From IMG/VR virus record IMGVR_UViG_3300046002_004029, positions 3,576-67,575 of that record: a DNA stretch of 64,000 nt; one strand, written 5' to 3'. The DNA comes from a virus. The notes beneath the pieces were generated by a model, which did not search any database, was not told where the DNA came from, and saw only the letters and a list, made by a program, of their open reading frames with translations. The position numbers were made by a program, and so were the translations under genes. This document shows positions 9,688-20,469 of the stretch, piece after piece. Each line of letters starts with the position of its first letter. Position 1 is the stretch's first letter.

Positions 9688-10308
9688 ATGAGTATGCATG
9701 GTACTACCTCTGATGACCTAGATATTTTGACTCGTGAAGAGTTGATCGAGTGGTTATGTTGGAATGATAGAAATGGTTGTTACCGTGACGATGAAGCTAC
9801 AGCCGAATTCGGGGAAATATTACCCTATGAGGAAGCATATTGGATAGCGAAAAGACAAATTAACCAGTAAAATACAATAAAATGAGTGAAAAAAGTAGTA
9901 TAATTTATCGTGGTTTCGAATTTGATTTCGAATTTAACTACACACCGGGTAGACCACAAACTTGGGAAGATCCAGAAGAATATGAAGAATGGGAGATATA
10001 TAATATCACCTTAAATGGAGTTGATGCAGATGACCTGTTAGACCCTATGTTGCAGGATTTTGAAATTGAAGTAATTAATAACCTTAAAGATAATTAAAAT
10101 GACAAATAAAGAATGGTATTTAAGTCTATCTAATGACTTACAAGATAAAGTGGCACATAATTGTAACTCACTTAATGAGTACTATAGATTCGCCCAATGG
10201 TATGATGATAAAAAGGGCGCCTCTATATGCGGAGCGTTTTGTTGGGATGATTCTATTGAAGGTAATGAATTTTGGTATGGTGTTTATAAAACAATGGAGA
10301 ACTTATGA
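9688..10308 (+). CDS. Three small acidic early proteins (9688-9870, 9882-10097, 10099-10308)
   Basis: Tightly packed ORFs after the promoter at 9530. The first two are strongly D/E-rich. Confidence 0.6.
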
Positions 10309-10593
10309 GAAATTATAGTAAAGCATTTAAAATTCTTTTGGCAAGAATTATGTATGAATTGAGAGAAGCCGGGAGATCAGCGGCGTATGCTATACACAGG
10401 TAAGACATGGAAACTTTTAAAAAAGAATTCGAAACAAAAGGCGGTAGCGGTTATTTATTAATCACTAAACGAGATGAAACAGGTAGAAACGATACTTATG
10501 ACATTATAGTTGAAGAAGTATATACATTCCATAATGAGGATGAGGTTATACGTCAAGTAGAAAGTGATATATATAAATATTTATAAAGAAATT

Positions 10594-10767
10594 ATGGCAA
10601 AATTTACAGTAAAAATAACAGAAACTTTGGTTAAAGAAATAGCAGTAATCGCTAGCAATCCAGATATGGCAGTTGGAATAGTGGCGCGAATGTATCGCGA
10701 TGAAGACGTGGTATTAGATTATGCAGATTTTGACGAAGTGAACTTTGAAATAATTATAACAGAGTAA
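10594..10767 (+). CDS. DpnD/PcfM-like small protein
   Basis: KFTVKITETLVKEIAVIA...YRDEDVVLDYADF matches the family pattern. Confidence 0.65.
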   Translation: MAKFTVKITETLVKEIAVIASNPDMAVGIVARMYRDEDVVLDYADFDEVNFEIIITE

Positions 10768-10768
10768 T

Positions 10769-13700
10769 ATGAAACTAATAGAAGTAAGTAAGCAAGGGAA
10801 TTTATATTTCCAAATGAGTGATGGTCGATTTGGTATTATATACCCGAAGAGTGGTTATGTTAGAGTAAGCGGTAAAGGTGCAACAAGAAGTAATATGCAC
10901 TTCCCATTTAGACTATGGCAGATCAATAAGGTGGCTAAAGAGGATTATAGAACTAAAGCGGGAGTATCTAGAGTATTGATACCATCCGTAAAAGAACAGT
11001 TTGAAACGTTGTTAAAGTTTGACAACAGAAATTGTGGTGGCCTTACAATCTAAACACGATTAAGTATTGATAATATATATGAATCTAAAATAAACAAACT
11101 ATGAAAAAATCAATTAAATTCTTAAAGAATAACTTTATTAAACTTGATGGAGTGCTATACACACCCTACTTATTGAGTGATCTACCAACAACTTTTGGTT
11201 TCAATTTTAATAAAGAAAAAGATCAAGACGGATATGGCGAATGGTTTAATTTCAAAGGTTTAACCTATATAATCAAGAAATAATATGATAGAGATAGCGA
11301 ACAATATGAAAGAAGCGTGCCAATATCTAGAGGAAAAGAAGGCTCGTAATCGCGCTAATAGAATTTCTGTGGTAAATACAGATGGTCTGTGTGCAGAGTT
11401 TAATAGTGATGATTATAAACAAATCAAGACAAAAATGAAGTCGTCATATGGCGCAAAAGCAAGTGTATTTAGTAAAACAAAGTTGTGGAATCACTACAAC
11501 TTAACATTAACAGAAATTAAAGAAAAATATTAAAATGAAAGAAATTGTAACAAAATTTAGTGAAAAAGTATTGGTTGAAAACATTGATAACAGCAGTATC
11601 GTAGGCATTCAATGGGGAAGTAGTAACAAATCCCTTGTAATTGAGGCAAGAGACGGAGGCTTTACAGGCTTAGGTAATTGTAGCAGTAGATTATCACTTA
11701 GCAGTTGTTGGGTTGCTGATACTCAGAAGGAATATGTAGAAAGATCTTTAGGTCAGAGAATGGAAGTCAAAGCTTTTGAGTTTGAAACAGTAACTGCCGC
11801 GCTTAAATGGTTTAGTAAATAACAGAAATTATGGCAAAGTTAACTGGATTTGAAAGTTATTTAGTTATTCAGGGATTGAATGATTTAAGAGACAAAATGG
11901 TATTAGATATTATTGAAATAGAACGCAACGGAAAAAATCCGTTGATGACTAAAGAGTATGTAAAAATTACTATAGAGGAAGTTATGGAAAAGATTTTGCT
12001 ATACACTTATAAAACTAAACGATAGAAATTATGGCTGAAACAACAGGACAATTAGATAAATTACTAAGTGATAAAATAGACGAAAAGATTAGAGTGTTTG
12101 GGCAGTATTTAACGGAACAAATTTCTCAATTTTTAAAAGACAATGAAGACTACTCTGGAGATCATTTATATATGGTTAATGGTGGAACTGTTAATGAACC
12201 TAATTTTTCCTATGAATCTTTGGCTATATTTAAAAGAAATATGATAAAAGGCATTTCTAAACAAGTAAAGGATAAAATGATCCTTAAGGAAACTAAAGCA
12301 TTGTTAAAAAAACTAGAATTACTATCATGAGAACACTGAATACTTTTGAAGTTAACGTCATTGAAGCGGCGTTAACTCACCTTAGAGAAATGCACGATGA
12401 CCTTAAAAAAGGAACTGAAGATTTTGTAGATATAGAATTTAGTAATGATGTAGTTATAACTTGCGAGGAACTTTTAAGAATGTTTAAAAACGAAGGTATA
12501 TTCACTTATGAAAACTAAATATATTGCAATGAGAAACGGTAAAGTCCTTGATTGGTCAGTGCTATACACATATGCCGTGGATAAAGGATTAACTGTGCCA
12601 CCTGAACTATTTATGGCAGGAGCACAAGGATTAGATATTAACGAACTGCTAGATCAATTAGATAAAGAATTTGAATTAACAACCTTATGGGGTAAAGACG
12701 GATCATTCATAAAAGTAGTAGAATAATGGAAAAGAAATATAAACGTAATAAAAACGGGGAAGTAGAGGTTGGGGTACTAATATCCGCTGGATTTGGCGCT
12801 GGATGGAGTACTTGGGGAATGCCCGAAGAAGCCTTATTTGACCCAATTATAATAGATTTTGTTGAAAATGACAAACTTTTTACATCCGAATTTGATGAGT
12901 ATATAGAAAATACTTATAACGACTGTTATAGCGGTGGAAGTGGTGGTTTATATGTTTGTTGGATACCCGAAGGCAAGGAATTTAGAATAGATGAATATGA
13001 CGGAGCTGAAAGTTTAGTATTAAAAAATGACCAATCTTGGATAATAGCGTAGTTACAATCTGGACACGAATAACAATTGATAATATAAATGTAACAAATT
13101 AAAAATAAACAAAATGAAAGAGAATTTAACAGCATTAATGAGTATATTAGATGAATTAAGTATTGACCCAGATTCATTCTATGTAATTAGCATTAGACAA
13201 GGATATGTTTCTTTGCAAGGTGAGTTTAACTCCACTATATCCAGCTATTTAATAAAAAAAGGTTTTATAGCAAGCTTTAGTATGTCGGGTTATCCTCAGT
13301 ATATTTTAGGCGTAATTGAAGTAACCTTAACATAACAATTATGACAAATGAACAGTTAGCTTTTCAAAATGCAATAGCTTTTGAACAGTGGATGAGGAAT
13401 ACAGTAAAGACAATACATTATGCAAATAATGAAAAAATGTCTGAGGCTTATAATAGAGTTATGAAAAATTATTTAGAATTGAAATTATATGAGAATGTTA
13501 AACGATAAAGAGGAAGAATTAACAAGATTAGCAGTACTTGAGGGTATGACTGATATGATGGATCATTTAGCTATAGACTTTAAAGTAAATTGGAGAAGTA
13601 TAACTGTTCATCAAAGAAAACGGTTTGGTGATATTGAGGAGTTGCTATACACACTTTGCGTAGAGATGGTTGAAGATCACGGAGTCTTACAGTCTAAATA

Positions 13701-14430
13701 CGATCCAGAAACGATAATATAAATGAACTTAAAACAAATATAATGGAAAAAATTAATAAATTATTTGAAGCGGAAGTAATACAAATTACGGAGTCATATC
13801 CTAGTATTTACTCTAAGGGTGATGTGGTATCCCTATTAGTTACTTTAAGGCATCGTGCCCTACTAGTAATAAATGAGGAACTTAATGGACTGGTAGATGT
13901 GGCATTAGCAGAACGAGGATTAGGGTTTATTACAATAGACCATATGGAAGAGTTTATGTCTTCAGTTAGCGAAAGTTTAGAAAAATCAATATCACACGGC
14001 GAAATAGAATTAGTTGATAATAATAACATTGAATTATCAATGAGTTATGATAATCACGTAACTGTAGAATGTGTTGAAATAGATACAGATACTTTATGCA
14101 GAGAATTGGAAGATATAATGAGAAATGAATATGGAGAATTATTAAATTCTTTAAAAATAAAAGAAGATGAGTAAAGAGCGTGAAAAATTGGAAGTACCTA
14201 AATGGTTCACCGGTCAAGTATATGAAAGCGGTGATACAGTAAGAAATCCATTCAGTGGCGATAGTTATTATCTATCTGGGCCTGAGCTGAGTATGTATGA
14301 CTTCATTATGGGGTGTAATTATATATTAGAAAGGGGACAAGGTCACGATAAAATGTTAGCAGAATTTCATAAAGGTCTTACTTGGTTTAGAAGAGCAAAC
14401 CCAGAAGCATATATGGTTTTATTAGATTAA
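10769..14430 (+). CDS. Array of about 13 small early hypothetical proteins
   Basis: Contiguous co-oriented ORFs at 10769, 11101, 11285, 11535, 11831, 12031, 12327, 12508, 12726, 13114, 13489, 13743 and 14167, with promoters at 11043, 13053 and 13687. No function recognised. Confidence 0.65.
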
Positions 14431-14446
14431 TGTAAAAATATAAATT

Positions 14447-14884
14447 ATGGACGCAACAGAATTAGTGAATATATTGTTTGAAAATGGCGGATTTACATAT
14501 AATTGTAAAACTAAAGAACTTAATCCAAATGAAGGATACTTTGTGTCAATGGTCGGTGAGGGTCAGGTTTATAATGTTAATGGCTTCCATCATTTTGATA
14601 TACTCGAATACTATGCTATACACAGTGAATTATTATCTAGAGGTGATACATTTCTAGGTGGGTGGATATATCAAGACGAAGTATATTTAGATGTGAACGT
14701 ATCGACATTATCAATTGAAAAAGCTATCTATAGAGGTATGATTAATGACCAAAAAGTGATCTACGATGCTTATAACAAAACAGAGATTAAACTACCTAAT
14801 CGTCAAAAATCAGGTACTGAAACTCAACAAAAAGCATATAATACAATGAAAGCAGAACAATTAGCAAATGAATTAATAAGTTAA
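14447..14884 (+). CDS. Conserved phage hypothetical protein (GGFT...GY.VS...GGW...YLDV family)
   Basis: The motif pattern recurs in phage early regions. Function unknown. Confidence 0.6.
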   Translation: MDATELVNILFENGGFTYNCKTKELNPNEGYFVSMVGEGQVYNVNGFHHFDILEYYAIHSELLSRGDTFLGGWIYQDEVYLDVNVSTLSIEKAIYRGMINDQKVIYDAYNKTEIKLPNRQKSGTETQQKAYNTMKAEQLANELIS

Positions 14885-14888
14885 ATAA

Positions 14889-15241
14889 GGGGGCGAATGG
14901 CTTTGACAGGTTATGCAAACTAATACAATCAGCCAGAGAGATAACTGTAAACTAAGGTGAATTTAATAAATGACAACACAGTAAAATTGTTAGACATCAA
15001 TCAGATTGAGGCTAATATGAATATGGTTTTTGCATTGATTAACTCTAATGTTGAAGAGCTAGAAATAGCTGCGTAGTAGACATTAACAAGATTTCTTGGT
15101 TAGATTAAATCAAGTGGTGGTTTTGTCTACACTAGTAGACCCCAGTTGTATGATACTCCAACTTTAAAACCGTATCGACAAGCTGTATAAATTGTATTAA
15201 CTAAAGTAATCTGGACCTGGGTTCGAAACCCAGCGCCTCCA
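14889..15241 (+). ncRNA. ssrA: tmRNA
   Basis: Acceptor stem GGGGGCG/CGCCTCC with a G3-U pair, 5' TTTGAC, T-arm CTGGGTTCGAAACCCAG, and a tag ORF at 14972-15076 ending in IAA*. Confidence 0.92.
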
Positions 15242-15376
15242 CAACTGTTATTTGATCTTAGTGCTAGGAAAATAACAAGCGATTGGACGGAACTAAGCGT
15301 CTCGAATTGCCCTGTAACAACTCAGTGTTACCAGATAAGATAGGTTTGAATCCAAGTATGTGAAGTCTTATCAAAT

Positions 15377-15501
15377 GGTCAAGTGGTGGAATTGGTAGAC
15401 ACTAAACAACTGTATTGAGGTTAAGCGATCCTCACTTTAATAAAAAAATTGATCAACGCAGAAGTGCGGATGCGGTACAGGTTCGAATCCTGTCTTGACC
15501 A
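15377..15501 (+). ncRNA. tRNA-like RNA with an enlarged, non-canonical anticodon region
   Basis: GGTCAAG/CTTGACC stem, TGGTGGAATTGGTAGACAC D-arm and ACAGGTTCGAATCCTGT T-arm. 125 nt. Confidence 0.7.
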
Positions 15502-15578
15502 CGATGTCGGATAGCGACCGAATGAACTTAGTGGTAACAACGGAATAACCTAAGAGAGATTGACAAAAACTCCGTACA

Positions 15579-15671
15579 GATTGAGCGGTAGAATGGCTAA
15601 CTATCTATACCGATTCGGTTAGAGGCAAAAGAAAATAAGCCCTATTGCAGGTTCGAGTCCTGTCTCAATCA
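15579..15671 (+). ncRNA. tRNA-like RNA (no clear anticodon loop)
   Basis: GATTGAG/CTCAATC stem and GCAGGTTCGAGTCCTGT T-arm. 93 nt. Confidence 0.6.
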
Positions 15672-15735
15672 CTAATAATTAAATTAAATACTATGACTAA
15701 TGTAAACTTAGTGGAAACACTATAAACATAACAAT

Positions 15736-15912
15736 AACTAAGTGGCGGAATAGTTTAGCTTGTACCGCAAACGCAAGTGCTTAACGGATAAGCTTAAATA
15801 GTACAGACGCAAAAAGATAAGGATAGAGTCATCGCGGGTGTGGAATGGAAAAAGCCCGTTCGAGTCCTTACTTGGAAATCCACAAATGTAGGTTCGAGCC
15901 CTACCTTAGTTA
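15736..15912 (+). ncRNA. tRNA-like RNA with insertions in the D-loop and anticodon arm
   Basis: AACTAAG/CTTAGTT stem, split D-arm TGGCGGAA...AGACGC and GTAGGTTCGAGCCCTAC T-arm. 177 nt. Confidence 0.65.
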
Positions 15913-16040
15913 CTAATAATAAACGCTATAGTAAAAGTTTTTGCTATACACAACCGCTTGCTAATCAATTAATAATAAAATAAATGTTTACAGTTAATGT
16001 AAGTTTCAGCGTAAACACGTAATAATATAAATATAACCAA

Positions 16041-16472
16041 ATGGAAATAGATATGAATATAACGAGTTGGTCAAACAAAGACCTTGAAGCATTATGTATA
16101 CCTGAAAACCACAAAATTGTTTTTGATGGATTTGAGTATTGGTGGATGCATAAAATACATGGGAACAAATGGGAACTACATTGCATTGAAGGATTTAATG
16201 ATTGGAAGAAACCTTATAGTTGGCTTAAAGAATGGCTTTACAAATGGAGTCAAGAATTAAGTTTAAGAAAAATAGAGTCTTCCTCTATGTATCTTAATAA
16301 AATGAAAGAGTCTTTAGAGTCTACAAAACAAGTATTAATTATTAGTAATAATAAAAAGTTAAAGACTAAAGATAAAATTAAAATGATACAGGAACTTTTG
16401 CCTGAAGAATCGGTAACTTTTATAGCTAATGTACTTAATATAAGTAGACAAGCAATACATAGACACTTATAA
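16041..16472 (+). CDS. Protein with a C-terminal HTH
   Basis: SVTFIANVLNISRQAIHRHL. Preceded by GTAAG-N13-ACGTAAT at 15999-16023. Confidence 0.65.
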   Translation: MEIDMNITSWSNKDLEALCIPENHKIVFDGFEYWWMHKIHGNKWELHCIEGFNDWKKPYSWLKEWLYKWSQELSLRKIESSSMYLNKMKESLESTKQVLIISNNKKLKTKDKIKMIQELLPEESVTFIANVLNISRQAIHRHL

Positions 16473-16473
16473 T

Positions 16474-16917
16474 ATGAAAGCTTTAACAAAAGAACAAAAA
16501 GTAAAAAAAGCAATAAAAGATAAGGAATGGGTTGCTAATAATAAAGCAAAAGTAAATGAATATAAAAGAATATACAAAGCAAATAGAATAAAAACAGATC
16601 CAAATTTTAAATTATTAAATTTACTTAGATCAAGATTATATCATAGTTTTAAAGCATCACAATGGATGAAATCAGATAAAAGAGAAGCTTTATTAGGTGC
16701 AAATATTATTACAGTAAAAGCGCATATTGAATCTTTATTTACTGAGGGTATGAATTGGGATAATATGGGTGAATGGCATATAGATCATATACTACCCATT
16801 GGCAAATGTGAATCTTTAGAAGAAATGGTAAATAGATGTAACTATAAAAATCTACAACCTTTATGGGCAATAGATAATCTTAAAAAGTCTTGCAGTTTAA
16901 ACACGAATATAAAATGA
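16474..16917 (+). CDS. HNH endonuclease
   Basis: WHIDHILP...NYKNLQPLWAIDNLKK. Confidence 0.85.
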   Translation: MKALTKEQKVKKAIKDKEWVANNKAKVNEYKRIYKANRIKTDPNFKLLNLLRSRLYHSFKASQWMKSDKREALLGANIITVKAHIESLFTEGMNWDNMGEWHIDHILPIGKCESLEEMVNRCNYKNLQPLWAIDNLKKSCSLNTNIK

Positions 16918-16944
16918 TAATATTAATATATAAAAACAAATAAT

Positions 16945-17169
16945 ATGAATGTAAATTTAATTGAAAAACTAGAAGTAAACAGTAGCGCTATCTTTGAAGT
17001 TGCTTACTATCCTAATGTTGAAAGATTATTTATAACTTTCAAAAATGGTAGAGAATATGAATACTTAAATGTACCTATTCATATTATGTGTGGCTTACGT
17101 GAAGCATCGTCTAAAGGTAAATTTCTTAACAAGTATGTTTTAGCACAATACAGGTTTAAGAAAGTATAG
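16945..17169 (+). CDS. KTSC domain protein
   Basis: VNSSAIFEVAY...LFITFKNGREYEYLNVP...ASSKGKFLN. Confidence 0.9.
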   Translation: MNVNLIEKLEVNSSAIFEVAYYPNVERLFITFKNGREYEYLNVPIHIMCGLREASSKGKFLNKYVLAQYRFKKV

Positions 17170-17180
17170 TTGCTATACAC

Positions 17181-17449
17181 GGTCCTTGCTATTACTTGGG
17201 TGAAATAGTCGACTCAGGGTGCAGTGAGTTCGTTAAACAAGAACTGTACAAAATGTGGACACTCGGGGTTACGTGAAAATTAACCAAGCCTTGCTAGCTG
17301 GTTGTAACTGAAATATGGGATAAAGAATTTAACCGGTCCTCGGATTAACAAAAGAACTAAGTACTGGGCTAAATGTATCCTGTTCATTTAACGGAATGCC
17401 GGCATGTTACAACCGACGGGTTTTGGGGTTCGATTCCCCTTTTAGTTCC
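17181..17449 (+). ncRNA. Structured non-coding region ending in a tRNA-like element (17354-17449)
   Basis: GAACTAAG/TTTAGTTC stem, GGGGTTCGATTCCCC T-arm and a GGTTGTAAC/GTTACAACC long-range complement. Higher GC than the flanks. Confidence 0.5.
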
Positions 17450-17462
17450 TAAATTAAATATC

Positions 17463-17900
17463 ATGAGTAGGACAGTAAAACAACAGTACAGAAAATCTAG
17501 AAGATTTGATAAGCAATGCCGAAATAATGGCTGTTGTAGTTATTGTAAGGGTAATAGACTACATAGTTCAAATACAAGAATACAAGCAGCGTCTTACAGT
17601 CTGAACACGATTGTAAAATGATAATATAAATGTAACAAAAACAATTTAATTATGAAAGTAACATTAAGGTTTACATTACCAGAAGATGAAGCACAATATA
17701 ATCAATATTCTAAAGCTCCAGATATGGCTTATGCTTTATGGGATATAGCTCATAATCTTAAAAAAGAATGTATTAGATTAATAGAGGCTGATGCAAATGG
17801 TGGCCTAGCATATGACGCATATGATGGCGTTGAAGTAGTATTTACTCAAATATATAATATATTAGAGCAACATAATATAAACACTGATGAATTAATGTAG
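17463..17900 (+). CDS. Two small hypothetical proteins (17463-17621, basic and Cys-rich; 17652-17900)
   Basis: MSRT...CRNNGCCSYCKGNR motif, and an 82-aa ORF after the promoter at 17594. Confidence 0.55.
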
Positions 17901-17901
17901 T

Positions 17902-18489
17902 ATGAAAAAATTAACAAATTACCAACTAAACAAAGTATCTAAGAGTCTTGATTGTTATCTAGAACTCGCCACAAGTAAGGACTTTACCGAAGGTGTTTTA
18001 TGGTATGAGCAAGCCCATTTTATTTGTAGAGATTTAGCTAAAAAGTATAACACTACTACATATATTGTAGCCGGTATTATAAGTTCACTATCTCCTAGAA
18101 ATAAATGGCCTCAAAATATTAAAGATGCAGAAATAGTGTTGAGTGCTATACACGCTGGCCTTGAGCCAAAAGATGTTAAAGTATGCACTTTCCATAGAAA
18201 TAAAGATAAAGCATTTTCTATAGCTAAAGGCGAATCAATTATTACCGATCAAAGTATGAAAACTTTTAGTTTCATTAATAACATTGCTAACCTTAATAAT
18301 TTCTATATAACCATTGATGTGTGGCATTTAAGGGCTTGTTTTGGTAAAGATATACGTACAACTCCAGGTAAAATTGCTTATGAACAATTACGAAAATTAA
18401 CCATAAGTAAAGCTAAAAAATTAAATTTACAAGGATTTGAGTATCAAGCTGTTTTATGGAACTCTGTTAAAAATAATTTTAAAAAATAG
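17902..18489 (+). CDS. Conserved phage protein, possibly HhH-glycosylase-like fold
   Basis: WY...SLSPRNKW..N...TIDVWHLR...QAVLW motif set. Confidence 0.5.
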   Translation: MKKLTNYQLNKVSKSLDCYLELATSKDFTEGVLWYEQAHFICRDLAKKYNTTTYIVAGIISSLSPRNKWPQNIKDAEIVLSAIHAGLEPKDVKVCTFHRNKDKAFSIAKGESIITDQSMKTFSFINNIANLNNFYITIDVWHLRACFGKDIRTTPGKIAYEQLRKLTISKAKKLNLQGFEYQAVLWNSVKNNFKK

Positions 18490-18492
18490 AAA

Positions 18493-18693
18493 ATGGTTAG
18501 TAAAGAAACAAGAGAATTAGCAAGAGATAAAGTATATTCAATATATACTGTAAAAATGTTTAAAGTGGATGACAAAGACCCCTATTGGAGTGTGTCTCAA
18601 GAATCAGCAGAATTTTGCAAAGAATCAGATCAAAGGGATTTGGACGCTTGGAGTTATATATTAGGTCTAATAGAAAAAGATAATAAATTATGA
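18493..18693 (+). CDS. Hypothetical protein
   Basis: ORF within the operon. Confidence 0.55.
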   Translation: MVSKETRELARDKVYSIYTVKMFKVDDKDPYWSVSQESAEFCKESDQRDLDAWSYILGLIEKDNKL

Positions 18694-18879
18694 AAATTAC
18701 AATAGAAGCAGAAGATAGAGTGCATTCATCTTCGATTAATAGTGATGATTGCGCAATAAGTGAGTATATAGATATTTTTTATGCATTATTGATATGTACT
18801 ACATTCCATCCAGAAACAATAATAAACGGATTCAAAGAATTTATAGAAGAAAAAGAAGCATTTAATTAAACAATAAGTT

Positions 18880-19557
18880 ATGAAAATATGGCATATATCA
18901 GATACTCACGGGTATCATGACCTATTGAAAGTTCCTGATGGAATAGATATGGTTATTCATTCCGGCGATTGTAGTAATCCAAGAGATCCTTATAATAATG
19001 AACCAGAAGTAAGAGAATTTATACATTGGTATAAAAATTTACCTATAAAACATAAAATATATGTAGCTGGTAACCACGATACTAGTATTGAAAAAGGTTT
19101 AGTTAGCGTTTCTCAATTCTATGAATATAATATTCATTATTTAGAAAATGATTACGTGGACATTGAAGGTATTAAAATATTTGGTTCACCTAATACACCG
19201 AATTTTGGTAATTGGGCTTTCATGAAAGATAGAGCTAAACTGGAAAGACATTGGAAACTTGCTATACACGAAGAATGTGATATTATTGTAACTCACGGTC
19301 CGCCAAAAGGAATGTTAGATTTATCAGTAAATAGAGACCATAAACTAGAATTCTGCGGTGATAAATCTTTACTTAATAGAGTATTAGAAATACAACCAGC
19401 ATACCATTTATTTGGACATATTCATAATACTGGTGATATAGTAAATGCTGGAATACAAAAATTAAGTACTCATAATACTTGGTTTAGTAATGGATCAGTG
19501 GTAACAGATAGAAAGTTTGGAATATTAACTAGTAATGGCAATATATTTAAACTATGA
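18880..19557 (+). CDS. Calcineurin-like metallophosphoesterase
   Basis: SDTHG, HSGD, AGNHD, THGPP and FGHIH motifs. Confidence 0.93.
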   Translation: MKIWHISDTHGYHDLLKVPDGIDMVIHSGDCSNPRDPYNNEPEVREFIHWYKNLPIKHKIYVAGNHDTSIEKGLVSVSQFYEYNIHYLENDYVDIEGIKIFGSPNTPNFGNWAFMKDRAKLERHWKLAIHEECDIIVTHGPPKGMLDLSVNRDHKLEFCGDKSLLNRVLEIQPAYHLFGHIHNTGDIVNAGIQKLSTHNTWFSNGSVVTDRKFGILTSNGNIFKL

Positions 19558-20465
19558 AAAACATACACATATTACCAACAGAACGCACGAGTAGGCTCTA
19601 TTACAATAGTCAAGAAAAAGCATATCAATTATGTGAATTTCCAAAATACCATACAGATATTAAGTCTACACATAATTTGTACATCACTAATGATGAAGAA
19701 ATTAAAGAAGGAGATTGGGTAATAGACGATGAACAAGATGTGTTCCAAGTTTTAGAAGTAAATAATTTACAAGGTATATTAAGAAGTGATGGATTTACCT
19801 ATGTAATAGATGTTTGTAAAAAAATCATCCTAACAACAGACCAAGACTTAGATGGGGTACAAGCTATTGATGATGAGTTTTTAGAATGGTTTGTGAAAAA
19901 TAGTAGTTGTAAAGAAGTTGGTATTGTTAATGATACTTTAACAGTTGGAGAGATGTCTAAGCTTCCATTAGGAACAAGAAATCATAAATACAAAATCATC
20001 ATTCCAAAAGAAGAACCTAAACAAGACTCTGTATTTGATAAATTAGAAGTAGAAAAAGAATATGAGCAAGAGATATTTGAATTAGGAGAAGAACCTAGAC
20101 AAGAAATTACTATTAACGAAGTTTCTAAAAAATTAAAAGGAAAAGAGTTGTTTAAAGAAAGTAATGACAGAGCAAGAAAAACTTTATCTGAAATCAAATC
20201 ATTACCTATACAAGAAACACTTGAAGAAGATGCTTTAAGACTATTGCCTGATAGAAATGGTTTTACAAATAGAGATAGATTTAATTTTATTGAAGGAGCA
20301 ACTTATAAACAAATTGAGATTAATGCTTTGAAAATTAAACAAGAAAGAAGTTATAGTGAGGAAGATTTAGAATATGCTTTTGAACAAGGAAAACTAAATT
20401 CAAATATATGTTATAGACGAACATTTAGAAATGTACTTGAAATTTTACAATTTAAAAAGAAATAA
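19554..20465 (+). CDS. Modular hypothetical protein
   Basis: 303 aa, with KKIILTTD/IDDEFLEWFV modules and a QERSYSEED repeat. Confidence 0.7.
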   Translation: MKNIHILPTERTSRLYYNSQEKAYQLCEFPKYHTDIKSTHNLYITNDEEIKEGDWVIDDEQDVFQVLEVNNLQGILRSDGFTYVIDVCKKIILTTDQDLDGVQAIDDEFLEWFVKNSSCKEVGIVNDTLTVGEMSKLPLGTRNHKYKIIIPKEEPKQDSVFDKLEVEKEYEQEIFELGEEPRQEITINEVSKKLKGKELFKESNDRARKTLSEIKSLPIQETLEEDALRLLPDRNGFTNRDRFNFIEGATYKQIEINALKIKQERSYSEEDLEYAFEQGKLNSNICYRRTFRNVLEILQFKKK

Positions 20466-20469
20466 GATT

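Noticed and set aside
15377-15912. Assigning amino-acid identities or group I introns to the tRNA-like elements
   Set aside because: No canonical anticodon loop could be located, and the insertions are far too short for self-splicing introns.
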